Assembly: GCA_963709405.1 (NCBI GenBank)
Contig: CAVPXM010000030.1
Coordinates: 193,785 to 257,784 of the forward strand
DNA: 64,000 nt
Origin: an uncultured Nitrososphaerales archaeon
Lineage (GTDB): Archaea; Thermoproteota; Nitrososphaeria; Nitrososphaerales; Nitrososphaeraceae
Reading direction: 5' to 3'
Shown here piece by piece: positions 1 to 10,466 of the stretch (positions within the stretch are counted from its first letter, which is position 1; every line of letters starts with the position of its first letter). Both the position numbers and the translations under genes were made by a program. Under the pieces are notes generated by a model. The model did not search any database. It saw only the letters and a program-made list of their open reading frames with translations, and had not been told where the DNA came from.

Positions 1-253
1 AGACGTTCAGCTGGAAGAAGTAGCTTATTCGACCAAAGGTTTTAGTGGGGCTGACTTGGTCGCGCTTGCGAGGGAATCAGCGGTAAATGCAATGCGGAAC
101 AAGTCCATGGTTATTTCGAGGGAAGATTTTGAAAAGGCACTTCGCCTCGTGAAACCATCGATAACTAAGGAAATTGAGGATTGGTACGAAAATATGCGAA
201 AATCAGTCACTTACAGTATCCCTAGACCTTCAGACAAATCGTTCTATAGCTGA
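1..253 (+). CDS. CDC48/VCP-type AAA ATPase, C-terminal end (partial)
   Basis: GFSGADLVALARESA...EDFEKALRLVKPSIT is the AAA lid motif; the gene runs off the window edge. Confidence 0.85.
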   Translation, partial: DVQLEEVAYSTKGFSGADLVALARESAVNAMRNKSMVISREDFEKALRLVKPSITKEIEDWYENMRKSVTYSIPRPSDKSFYS

Positions 254-373
254 AGCGTTTCATTACACACTCACCTCCAAACTTTTATGACGACACGCTC
301 TAATGATGGTGGTAACCGCGTGTTACGATTTCATACTGTTGATATATAGCTGTTGTACACTTTGCAATACTAG

Positions 374-580
374 ATGAAATATCCGCTGCGTAACTTGATT
401 TATGAAAAGATAAAGGAAACCGGCAATACCACTGACGCAGATCTGATGAGTGGCTTGACTAGGGACAATATTTCACTTACTCATGCTGACCTCGATAAGA
501 CACTACTGGATCTTGAAATATATGGTCTGATCAAAGTATCTTGGATTACTAAGGACAAACGTAGAATCGAGTCTGTTTAA
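374..580 (+). CDS. small winged-helix-like conserved protein
   Basis: 68 aa with ATG start; LDKTLLDLEIYGLIKV resembles a wHTH recognition helix and wing. Confidence 0.7.
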   Translation: MKYPLRNLIYEKIKETGNTTDADLMSGLTRDNISLTHADLDKTLLDLEIYGLIKVSWITKDKRRIESV

Positions 581-661
581 TTTAACTTCATCTCTGACTA
601 GCAAGATGCAATGTAGAACGAGTATTTGTTATGGCTAGTGTGAGTTTGAGCCTGTGTACAT

Positions 662-1549
662 TTATAATCTATAATAAAACAAGGCATCCAGTGCTAATCC
701 AATGAAAACCACTACTAAATACGGGGCTGTGACTTTGTAAGCCTTCCAAGCATATTCTGACGTAGGATTTTTAGTTAATTTATAATGGTATATTAACATT
801 AAGGAGCCTGAAAATGCAGCAACTACCGTATATAATAGACCTAGTCCAAAAAAATAAAGAGCAATGGAGTAGGGTAAAAGAATAAGAGTACTTAAAAAGA
901 TGTAAGTAGCTGCCTTCTGGTTGCCGACTAGAACTGGCAGCATTGGGACATTAACACTAGCATACTCCTCCTTAGCCTTAATAGCCAAACACCAAAAATG
1001 AGGGGGTGTCCACATAAAAACTAGCCAGCCTACCAAAAAACCTAGAAGGTCAATAGAGCCAGTAGCAGTTGCCCACCCCGCCATAGAAGCTGCACTCCCA
1101 GCAAATCCACCAATTACAATATTTGAGGCATTACTTCGCTTGAGCCACAACGTATATACAATAACATAAAAGAATATTCCAAGTATAATCATTCCAGTTG
1201 CTACAGGATTTAGGGTTATCCATGCAACGCCGACAGCCAGCAGGCACGTGCACAGTCCGTAGGCTAAAACATTTCGTGGAAGCAATCTACCAGCAGGGAG
1301 AGGTCTTTGCGATGTTCTTAGCATCATCTTGTCGATGTCTCTATCGTAATAATGATTAAGAGCACTAGATCCCATCGATGCTAGAGCACCAGCCAACGAA
1401 AGAAAACCTATTTGCCAAAATGAAACATCCCAACCTACTGCGGGTGTATTATCGAATCGGCTACCCGCGAGTAAAGACGCGATTGCAGTGATTAGTAAAA
1501 CTATTAAGATACGCGGCTTCGAAACTTCCACATAGTCACTAATACTCAC
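662..1549 (-). CDS. ctaB: protoheme IX farnesyltransferase (heme O synthase)
   Basis: KPRI, NHYYDRDIDKMMLRT..RPLP and WTPPHFW motifs; multiple TM helices. Confidence 0.95.
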   Translation of the reverse strand: MSISDYVEVSKPRILIVLLITAIASLLAGSRFDNTPAVGWDVSFWQIGFLSLAGALASMGSSALNHYYDRDIDKMMLRTSQRPLPAGRLLPRNVLAYGLCTCLLAVGVAWITLNPVATGMIILGIFFYVIVYTLWLKRSNASNIVIGGFAGSAASMAGWATATGSIDLLGFLVGWLVFMWTPPHFWCLAIKAKEEYASVNVPMLPVLVGNQKAATYIFLSTLILLPYSIALYFFGLGLLYTVVAAFSGSLMLIYHYKLTKNPTSEYAWKAYKVTAPYLVVVFIGLALDALFYYRL

Positions 1550-1802
1550 TGTTCAAATACCTTAATTTTGGTCTCGTAAACCTACCATTTAATTTATTCG
1601 CTCTAAATACGCAGCAGAGATTTTCGTTATATATTATTTCGATTTTCTTCGAATCTGAATTAGCAACCTATCCATGTGAAAAATAACTAACATCCATAAT
1701 TCTCTAGTATCATTAGCGTTGAATGTATCTTTATTCCATCCTCTTATCCACTTTATTCGGACTAAGTTACGTATCTATCGAGGTGTAATTTTGCTTCGCA
1801 TA

Positions 1803-2132
1803 TCACTCTCTTATGCTTTCCAGAGTTGATACTACTTGCCAAAGCATTGTTCTTATATGAGATTCCATTTGTCTGCTTTGCGTTAGACTCTCTAACATAC
1901 TAATCGCGTTAGCTGCTCTTACCGAAATACTCCCTCCTTTTTCATCAGTAAGGGTAGAAAGGACTTCCTTCACCAGGTTTCTGGTATTCCTTTGAATATC
2001 TCGATTTTTTATAATCGCTTCTAGTGTGACGATCGTCTTGGAAAGGCGCTCTTCATTGGCCTTCTCCTTCAACTCTTTTTTCTTTGCGCTCATAATACTA
2101 TTGCTAAACAACATACCGTTATTTGTATTCAT
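1803..2132 (-). CDS. UPF0147 family protein
   Basis: SISVRAANAISMLE...HIRTMLWQVVSTLESIRE; the true start may be the internal MSAKK. Confidence 0.85.
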   Translation of the reverse strand: MNTNNGMLFSNSIMSAKKKELKEKANEERLSKTIVTLEAIIKNRDIQRNTRNLVKEVLSTLTDEKGGSISVRAANAISMLESLTQSRQMESHIRTMLWQVVSTLESIRE

Positions 2133-2200
2133 TCATCCAAATTCTGTCTTTTCTGAGAATAAAGAAATCTCTTTATTGAATTGTGTAGAATGAGAAAGCA

Positions 2201-2827
2201 ATGCTTACGAATGTGAAAGCTTCCTTAAATGAAATTAGCTTTGATCTTAAAGATATAGAAATCAGGCGTGATGCCCTCATAAAAAACACACGAGATGTAC
2301 TCAATGATTGCAGCAAATCAATAATATCTCTGCATAGGTCTGAAATAGGCAATGCGACGCAACAAATGGAGAGAGCAAAGAATACATTAGATGCTCTAAG
2401 ACAACAGGCCAGAACCGACCTTTATAAATATATCATTGTCCCTGAACAAGAGCTGGTCGAGGCTTACATGTTACGAGCTATAACAGAGGAAACACTCTTA
2501 CCAAGTTTCAAGGAGCTTAGTGTTTCAGGGTCCTCATATTTAACGGGTGTTCTCGATTGTATAGGAGAACTCAAGCGAATGGTGTATGATAGACTGAGAG
2601 TAGGAAAACCAAACGAAGCCACAAAACTATTTTTAATAATGGAAGAACTTTATAGCCTAGCTTATCCGTTTGCCGTGTATGATAATATTGTGCCAGGATT
2701 GCGGAGAAAGTTGGATGTTGCTAAGGTTTTGATTGAAGATATTAGAGCTATTATAACAGAAGAAACGCGACGACAAGTAATTATGACGGCTATGGATAAT
2801 CTGAAAGATAAGCTTGAGAAAATATAG
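2201..2827 (+). CDS. translin/Trax (C3PO)-family RNA-binding nuclease
   Basis: QELVEA and YLTGVLDCIGELKR motifs; LRRKLDVA. Confidence 0.85.
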   Translation: MLTNVKASLNEISFDLKDIEIRRDALIKNTRDVLNDCSKSIISLHRSEIGNATQQMERAKNTLDALRQQARTDLYKYIIVPEQELVEAYMLRAITEETLLPSFKELSVSGSSYLTGVLDCIGELKRMVYDRLRVGKPNEATKLFLIMEELYSLAYPFAVYDNIVPGLRRKLDVAKVLIEDIRAIITEETRRQVIMTAMDNLKDKLEKI

Positions 2828-2898
2828 CTCCGGAGAGGAATCTACAAGACAGGAAAAAGCATTGATTCTCAAAAAAAAACTATCATCATGAGGTACTC

Positions 2899-4359
2899 TT
2901 AATTTCGAAATTTTGCAAATGCTTCTTTCAGAATATGTTCTAAAGTCAAATGCCACTGGGGAAATCCTCCAGGATCTTCAGGGTAATTGTGGTAATGCTT
3001 AACCAATTTCTCATTCATCTTGGAAGTATGGCTTAGATTTTCAGCCAAAGTCCTGTTAACTACGCCTTTGATGAACATTGATAACTTGTCAACAGCACTG
3101 AACTCAGGATGTTCGCCATCAGTAATTTTTTCAACATCCATCTTAGAGAGAAAATGCTTCATACCATAATTAATTTGATCATTAGAAAGACCTTGTAGCA
3201 TTCGACGGAACACTTCCAAACCTGCTGTCTTGTATCCGTACTCATTCATAAAATCCTTATTATATTTCCACAGACCTCTTTCAGTGACATCCTCTTGTTG
3301 GATAGCTTCAACTGCATCTTTTCCCACAATGGTGCTTGCTATTATTGCAGGCCCAATTCCGCCAGCATCGATAGGCTTAGGCATCCATGCAGCATCCCCA
3401 ACAAGCATGTATCCATTTGCGACTAGACAATCATTCTGCCTACGAACTGAAACCTGCCAGGTCCCCCATGAATTTCCTTCATCTGCTTTTTCGTTAGTCA
3501 TTTTCAAGTCCTTTAAAACCGGATTAGATAGAACATATTCATCAATCAAAGACTTGAGATCTTTGTTCGTACCGTTTCTTTTATTCATGGACTCTAATGC
3601 TTTTTGCTGAACGCCCAGCCCGATGTTCGCCTTATTTTCTCCCTTGGGGAATACCCACGCATAACCACCTGGAGCGATCTCTTGATCTAAATGGATAATA
3701 CAGTAATTCGGATCAAAATAAGTCCTATCATGTTTGGCGATATCGAAAGTATAGATATATCGCCCCGTGGCTTCTAAATCATTTCGATTAATTCTTTTTT
3801 CGATATAAGACTGGATGGGCAAATTTGCTCTGAGAACCGATGTTACTCCAGTGCAATCGATAACCAATTTTGCTGTTCGTTTGAATACGGTTTTACTGTC
3901 GAGCTCCTCGCCCAGAATACCAACGACCATATTGTCCTCAAAAATCAAGGATCTCAATGCTACCTTATCTTTAATTTCTATTCCTAGGTCAACTGCATCA
4001 TTCAGTTGCTTTTGTGGCAGAACTTTTCTATTTAAGAGATATCCTTCGCCATCAAATGAGACACCAGTTTCATGGTCAGGAGAATACGCAACCACCCCTT
4101 TTACGTTGTGTTCTATTTCAGGGCTCTCCCATCTGATTCCGATTCTATTTGACATGTAATCGACTGCTTTCTTACCTACGGCGTCACCACAGATCCAACC
4201 TGTGATCGTTTTCCTCCCCAAGCTTAACAGTGGATTTCGATCTATCACAAGAACTCTAAGAGACTGATTTGAGTAGAAGGCAACTGAGCATGCAGTAATC
4301 ATACCAGCTAGGCCGCCCCCTGCTATTATAACATCATAATCTCTTTTACCAACGGACAT
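2899..4359 (-). CDS. geranylgeranyl reductase family FAD oxidoreductase
   Basis: GGGLAG FAD loop, ICGD, PGGYAWVFP (YxWxFP) and GDAA motifs. Confidence 0.88.
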   Translation of the reverse strand: MSVGKRDYDVIIAGGGLAGMITACSVAFYSNQSLRVLVIDRNPLLSLGRKTITGWICGDAVGKKAVDYMSNRIGIRWESPEIEHNVKGVVAYSPDHETGVSFDGEGYLLNRKVLPQKQLNDAVDLGIEIKDKVALRSLIFEDNMVVGILGEELDSKTVFKRTAKLVIDCTGVTSVLRANLPIQSYIEKRINRNDLEATGRYIYTFDIAKHDRTYFDPNYCIIHLDQEIAPGGYAWVFPKGENKANIGLGVQQKALESMNKRNGTNKDLKSLIDEYVLSNPVLKDLKMTNEKADEGNSWGTWQVSVRRQNDCLVANGYMLVGDAAWMPKPIDAGGIGPAIIASTIVGKDAVEAIQQEDVTERGLWKYNKDFMNEYGYKTAGLEVFRRMLQGLSNDQINYGMKHFLSKMDVEKITDGEHPEFSAVDKLSMFIKGVVNRTLAENLSHTSKMNEKLVKHYHNYPEDPGGFPQWHLTLEHILKEAFAKFRN

Positions 4360-4472
4360 ATCAATAAAGCGAGGTTTGTTATTTTTTATCTCTATTTAAA
4401 GTTAAGTCGTCCAATCCATGAATTTGCTAGACATGATTTACACTAGATAACTAATCCCAGCCAAATTTAACT

Positions 4473-6237
4473 CTATTTCACAGTCACGGATTTTGCCAAA
4501 TTGCGAGGGTAATCTGGATCGGCATTGCTCACAAGTGCAAGGTGATAAGCCAGAAGCTGGAAGGGAATTACTTCTATGAGTGGATAGAGAATCTCATCTA
4601 CCTTTGGGATTCTTATGAGGTAATCAAACATACTATTCCTCACATCCGAGATCCCAATTATCGTAGCGCCCCTCGCTTTGATCTCATGTGCATTTGAGAC
4701 AATATCATTATAGGTGGAATCAGACGGATTAATCACGATTACCAATGTATTTTTATCCACCACTGCTAATGGTCCATGTTTTAGTTCACCAGTCTGCTAT
4801 TCCCTCAGCATGAACATATGTTAACTCTTTAATTTTTAACGCTCCTTCAAGCGCTATAGGATAATGCAGTGATCTCCCCATGATGTATATGTCTTTGAAG
4901 TTTTTGATGTTGTTAGATATTTTTTCTATTTCAGATTCTAGCGAAAGAGTTACCTGGGTAGGCTTTGCCAGATCACCTAAACTATTTGAAAGTTGGACGT
5001 CCTTACAGATATTGTTGGTAATTCTATATAACAAGGAGAGCTGCGACGTAAAACTTTTTGTAGCTGCCACACCAATCTCTGGGCCGCAACCAATCTCCAA
5101 GAAAGAATCACTTATTCTAGCTAACGATGAAGTAGTTATATTGACTAGCGAGAGAATCGTCGCGCCTTTTTGTTTAGCCGATTTCACTGCCTGTAGCACA
5201 TCAGCAGTCTCTCCGCTTTGCGAAATTGCGATTACTACAGAGTTGTCATCAATGAGATCCTGCACGTACTGAAATTCGCTTGACATCACACACTCGGCCC
5301 TAATTTTGGGATATTTTGCAAAGAGATATTTTCCAATCAAAGCCGCGTGATAGCTGCTTCCACTTCCGGTAATGTATACACTTTCAGCAGTCGATAAAAA
5401 GTTACAAAATTGGTTCAACTTTTCTTCATCCTTATTGCTGGCCGCAAACATGCTTTTACTTTGCTCATGTATTTCCTTTATAGTATAGTGTGCGTATCTC
5501 CCCTTATCAGCAGCACCCAGCTCCCACGCAACTACAGTGGGGTGACGATTGACAGGATTTCCATCGAAATCAAATAATTGGACACCAGATTTATCTACAA
5601 TTACGATATCTCTGTTATCAAGAAAAATTGCTTTATCTGTGTATTTTAGGAATCCTAAAACATCGCTCGAAATAAAGCAACCGTTTTTGTCAAGCCCTAC
5701 AATTAGAGGTTCGTCGAATCGCGCACCGCCTAAAGTGCCATTTTCATATACTGAAATAAAGGCAAAGGCCCCCTTTAGTCGTTTACAGGTTTTTATCATG
5801 GCGGATTTAATATCTTTATCCGATGAATGATGCTCTTCAAGTAAATGAGCAATGACTTCGCTATCGGTATCACTTTTAAATAAATGTCCTCTGCTCCTCA
5901 ATTCTATCCTCAATTCCTCGTAATTTTCTATGATACCATTATGAACTATTGCTATACTTCCACTACAGTCTGTGTGAGGATGAGCGTTTACATCATTGAC
6001 ACGACCATGCGTGGCCCACCGTGTGTGCCCGATGCCTGTCTTGCCGGGCATTCCATTTAAGTCTAAGTTCTTACTGACTTCAGACACTTTTCCTACGCCC
6101 TTGCGTACAATCATGGTACCATCATCAATAGTACTAATGCCTACGCTATCATAACCTCTATACTCCATTCTCTTGAGACTATCAATTAGAACAGGAGCCG
6201 CATAAAGGTCACCCTTATATCCGATAATCGAACACAT
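4473..6237 (-). CDS. glmS: glutamine-fructose-6-phosphate transaminase, +1 frameshift at about 4793 (probable read error)
   Basis: MCSIIG, EYRGYDS, GHTRWATHG, SQSGET and PRNLAKSVTV motifs; removing one base restores HAEGIAAGELKHGP. Confidence 0.95.
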
Positions 6238-6399
6238 AATAAATAAAGAAATACAAGTCCTTTTAAAAATTATGAAACTATATACGTACCGTTATAATTT
6301 TATTTATCCTGGTTTGCACACCACATTTTGAGAACCAGTTACCTATAATGACTCGACTTTAATTGGATGGTACCACTATATATCATTATATAACACATT

Positions 6400-7371
6400 T
6401 TGAAAAAAATATTGTTGAAGAAAAAAACCCTAGTATACGATATCGAAAAAGGGTTCATGGCAAAAGAAATAATCATTTTTGACAGCGTGGACCAATTGAG
6501 AATCCTCTCTAATCCGACCGCTTGGAAAATAATGCAGCTTTTATCAACTAGACCAATGTACACTGCACAAGTTGCTAAAGAACTAAAAATATACGAACAG
6601 AGTGCATATTATTACACACGCAAGTTGAATTCCATCGGCGCTTTACACGAAGTTGGAACAGTGCTTGTTCGGGGCGGAACTGCCAGGTTATTCCGATCAT
6701 CATGTCCTTCGTTCGGAATAGAAATGGACTGGGGTGAAAAAAAATCAGATATCTCTATTGACCGTGAAAATAAGAGACAATATATCAAGGATTTTTTCAG
6801 CGATTTCATCACGAACGATTCCTTTAATGGTCTTATTGTTGTGGGGGCACCAGACCCTCATGGTCCATACAGATCATCTGCAAGGGATGGTCACTACGCT
6901 GTTCAGTTGGCGTTTTTCTTGGGAACATTTACTAATATTCCATCGGAATTTGTGGTCAAACTTGATGCCGATGCAAAAGCAGAGAAAGTTTTGGACGGTC
7001 GAAACATAATTTCCATAGGCGGGCCTGGAACAAATATCGTTACTGCAGAATTTAACAAATATTTGCCCATAAAATTTAATGAATCAAATTTCTGGGCGGG
7101 TTTGGTAAAAGACTCGCATGAAATATATAACTTGGATAGTCAAGGGCTAATCGCAAAAATAAGAAATCCTTACAGCAACCGCGGCAGCATAATTGTAGTA
7201 GCAGGAGTTAGATCAATTGGTACTAAATCTGCAGTTATAGCACTTACAAACTTTAGTGAGAAAATTCTAAAGAGTTATCAAAATAAGAAGGAATGGGCAA
7301 TTGTTGTTCAAGGATTCGATATGAATTCAGACGGGAAAATAGATCATGTTGATGTGATCTCGGAATATTAA
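6400..7371 (+). CDS. ArsR-like HTH regulator with C-terminal domain of S-layer-like type
   Basis: LSNPTAWKIMQLL...AKELKIYEQSAYYY HTH; C-terminal IISIGGPGTNIVT and VVAG motifs. Confidence 0.7.
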   Translation: MKKILLKKKTLVYDIEKGFMAKEIIIFDSVDQLRILSNPTAWKIMQLLSTRPMYTAQVAKELKIYEQSAYYYTRKLNSIGALHEVGTVLVRGGTARLFRSSCPSFGIEMDWGEKKSDISIDRENKRQYIKDFFSDFITNDSFNGLIVVGAPDPHGPYRSSARDGHYAVQLAFFLGTFTNIPSEFVVKLDADAKAEKVLDGRNIISIGGPGTNIVTAEFNKYLPIKFNESNFWAGLVKDSHEIYNLDSQGLIAKIRNPYSNRGSIIVVAGVRSIGTKSAVIALTNFSEKILKSYQNKKEWAIVVQGFDMNSDGKIDHVDVISEY

Positions 7372-7395
7372 ATAAGCATATGCAGTTAAGGGAAT

Positions 7396-7902
7396 CTATC
7401 CTTGAGGAGTTCCCGAGGAGCTTTTGTGCACATCTAAATGAACCAAAATCTGTTGTTCCTCATGCTTTTTCACCAAATAACCAGGCAGATTGATGAATCG
7501 ATTACCAATCGAAACATGATTATGCACGACCAATTGTCTTGATTGATATGGTGATTTCGTCCCTGTCTTTCTCATTATTATATTCTGCAATCTCCTCTCA
7601 AGCAAATCTTCGATCTTGAGATTTAAGATATCATCGAGAGTTGCGCCTTCCTTCACAAGGCCCAAACGGTTTAAATAGTTTAGTAGTTGAGTCTCTTTTT
7701 CGTGGCGCACTTCAGTCGCAAGAGATAGCAATGCACGAGCTTGGTTTCTAAATCTAGCTACTTCAGTCTGAGCTTTCCATAGTTCTCTCTTGTTTCTGAG
7801 CCCATATGTTCCTACCAGATAAAGTTCAGCACTCAGCTGATCTGTGGTCCACATTCTCCTTGGTCTACTATATGTCTTCTTTGGTTTACGAGGATCACCC
7901 AT
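7396..7902 (-). CDS. rps4: 30S ribosomal protein S4 (uS4)
   Basis: MGDPRKPKK, YGLRNKRELWK and LERRLQ motifs. Confidence 0.97.
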   Translation of the reverse strand: MGDPRKPKKTYSRPRRMWTTDQLSAELYLVGTYGLRNKRELWKAQTEVARFRNQARALLSLATEVRHEKETQLLNYLNRLGLVKEGATLDDILNLKIEDLLERRLQNIIMRKTGTKSPYQSRQLVVHNHVSIGNRFINLPGYLVKKHEEQQILVHLDVHKSSSGTPQG

Positions 7903-7918
7903 AGCTACTCAACATATC

Positions 7919-8485
7919 CTACTTGTTGGCTCCACTCGAGGCCGTTTCGGTTCCTGATTTGACGGGCGTTGAACTAGCTGGCGTGGGTGCTGCAGTGCTC
8001 ACAGGCGCAGCTGGAGCTGCAGCTGCAGCGCCTGGTTTGGATATTTTCTTCACTCCGACCGCGCCGCCTTTTCTTCCTGATGTCCTCGTATGCTGCCCTC
8101 TCACTTTTAATCCGAACATGTGTCGGTAACCACGCCAGCTCATCACTGATTTTTCACGTTCTATGTCATTCGAAATCATGAAATCTAGATCAGAAGTAAT
8201 CAGGTGTTTGTCTGTGCCAGTATCCATATCTTTTCTTCTATTGAAATACCATGAGGGGATTCCTACTCTTGATGGGTCCTTAATCGTTAATTCAATTTCT
8301 TTCAGTTCACTCTCTGTCAAGAATCCTACTCTTATATAGGGATTTATATTAAGAGATTGAAGCAAAACCTGGGCAATATTATAGCCTATACCACGTATCA
8401 AGCTTAATGCAACAATAATTTTCTTACTCCCATCAATATCTTTACCAGATATTCTTAGGATATGACGGTACTCCGAAGCAGACAA
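7919..8485 (-). CDS. rps13: 30S ribosomal protein S13 (uS13) with A/P/S/T-rich tail
   Basis: IRGIG, NRRKD and WRGYRHMFGLKVRGQHTRTSGR motifs. Confidence 0.97.
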   Translation of the reverse strand: MSASEYRHILRISGKDIDGSKKIIVALSLIRGIGYNIAQVLLQSLNINPYIRVGFLTESELKEIELTIKDPSRVGIPSWYFNRRKDMDTGTDKHLITSDLDFMISNDIEREKSVMSWRGYRHMFGLKVRGQHTRTSGRKGGAVGVKKISKPGAAAAAPAAPVSTAAPTPASSTPVKSGTETASSGANK

Positions 8486-8789
8486 ATCAGAATCACGAGG
8501 AAGAATCCGAAATAAAAACCATGCTAACGTAAGAATTTTGCATAGATTGTTGGGTTATTAATTCGTTAACAAGTCAAAGGTATTTTACATATATTGATAG
8601 AAAAAATGAGGCAAAAAAAGTATCACAAACACAATTGGAGATTGGTAAAAGCAAATATTATCCTAGTTTAGTTTTAAGTAAGTACGCACAGAAATCTTAA
8701 CGTTCAAAAAATTTTTAACGAAATTAAATAAGTAAATAAGATATCTGCGTTTGAGAAGTTTAGGCAGAAATTATTAGGGATTTAAATAT

Positions 8790-10466
8790 ATGAATACTTC
8801 AAAACATCACATCTATCTTATGAACTCGATAAAAGACCTTGTACATATTTCTTATTCTTCTGCTCCAAATTATCATGAATTAACGCCTGGTGTCCCTACT
8901 GACTTTAAGCAAATTAGGACTCTTGGTGATTTGTTAAGGATAAATTATAAGTCCACTACAATTGAACAACAGATTCGGGGTAATCTTATTATTAAAATCC
9001 AGAGTGGCCAAAATCCATATCCTGGAATTATCGGATATGATGGTGATGTTGTCCCAGCATTGAATAGAGCAATTTTGTCAGGACATGACCTTCTTCTAGT
9101 AGGGCAGATCGGTCAGGCTAAAACAAAGATTGCAGAATCTATTGCAAAGAACCTCCTATCGCCAATTCCAGTAGTCAGAGGAACTCTTACTAACGATATA
9201 CCGGTTACAATTCCAGAAGAAGAATTAATTGCGATGCTAAATGATGTCGATATAAACAGGATATCGCCCGTATTTTCTGTTTCAGCGGAGTGTGAAACTA
9301 CAATTAGAGATCATAAATTGGACACAAAGATTGATTGGATTGATGGTCCAAGTCGGTATCGGTACATTCTTGCTACTCCTGATATTTCTGTAAAGGATTT
9401 GGTGGGACAGATTGATGCAATTAAAATCGCAAGGAAAGGCATAGAAATATACAATATCGAATCTTATTCTGCAGGCCAATTGTTACAGGCCAGACATGGA
9501 ATTATTTGTATAGATGAACTTCCAGTCCTAGATCCTAGAAAGCAAGTGGCTTTACTCAGCATCCTGCAAGAAGGAAAGTTTACCACAGGATCTTATCCGA
9601 TTATATTCAGACCTGATGTTAAGGTCGTAGCTACAGCTAATCCTATAGATTACACACATTCTGGTAAAATTATTGAACCATTGTTTGATAGGCTCAAAAG
9701 TCACATAAATACCCACTATCCAAAGCATATTATCGATGAAATGTTAATAATGTCACAAGAGGTAAAAATTGCTGACGAGGACAATGTTTTCTTGCCTGTC
9801 CATATATTAAAGGCTATGGCCAAGATAACGCAGATTACTAGAGCACATCCCGACATTAACCATGATAGGGGTGTTAGCGTCAGAATGGGAGTTCATTCTT
9901 TGGAACTGTTGATTGGCGAGACTGAACGAACGAGGTCAATAAAATATAAAGTTAGGGTTATCCCAAGATTTTGTGATTTCCACAGCATACATCAGTCATC
10001 GAAATTTGAACTTTCGGAAGTTGAGGATAGCTATGAAAATCGAATGAATATATTAAACCTCATTATAGCAGATGCCATTAAACAAGTCTCTGCTGAATAT
10101 ATTCAGAAAATCCCTATTGAAGAGTTATCAAAAATTAAAAATGAGTTTACCAAAAATAAGACCTTTGAGGTGTCACAGAGCATCATAGGTCAAAAGAAAA
10201 CTGATTCTATTGATTACGAATCTCAATTGGCTAGGTTCCCTGTATTGAAAAAAATTGTAAATGAAATGCTTGTGATAATTAAAGGAGAACAAGAAGAGTT
10301 CGTAAAAGCTGCCAAGATACGTGAAATCAGTGTTGACAATCTAATCCTCTCTCGGAACATGAACGGTGAACTTACAGCCTCAGTCATTGAGGTAGTTTTA
10401 GAAGGCCTCAGGTGGACTCAACCACCAATCTTGGAGAAAAAAGATAATTCATATGCATCAGCATGA
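8790..10466 (+). CDS. Mg-chelatase-like AAA+ ATPase
   Basis: Walker A variant GQIGQAKT, Walker B ICIDELP, ATANP and LFDRL motifs. Confidence 0.85.
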   Translation: MNTSKHHIYLMNSIKDLVHISYSSAPNYHELTPGVPTDFKQIRTLGDLLRINYKSTTIEQQIRGNLIIKIQSGQNPYPGIIGYDGDVVPALNRAILSGHDLLLVGQIGQAKTKIAESIAKNLLSPIPVVRGTLTNDIPVTIPEEELIAMLNDVDINRISPVFSVSAECETTIRDHKLDTKIDWIDGPSRYRYILATPDISVKDLVGQIDAIKIARKGIEIYNIESYSAGQLLQARHGIICIDELPVLDPRKQVALLSILQEGKFTTGSYPIIFRPDVKVVATANPIDYTHSGKIIEPLFDRLKSHINTHYPKHIIDEMLIMSQEVKIADEDNVFLPVHILKAMAKITQITRAHPDINHDRGVSVRMGVHSLELLIGETERTRSIKYKVRVIPRFCDFHSIHQSSKFELSEVEDSYENRMNILNLIIADAIKQVSAEYIQKIPIEELSKIKNEFTKNKTFEVSQSIIGQKKTDSIDYESQLARFPVLKKIVNEMLVIIKGEQEEFVKAAKIREISVDNLILSRNMNGELTASVIEVVLEGLRWTQPPILEKKDNSYASA

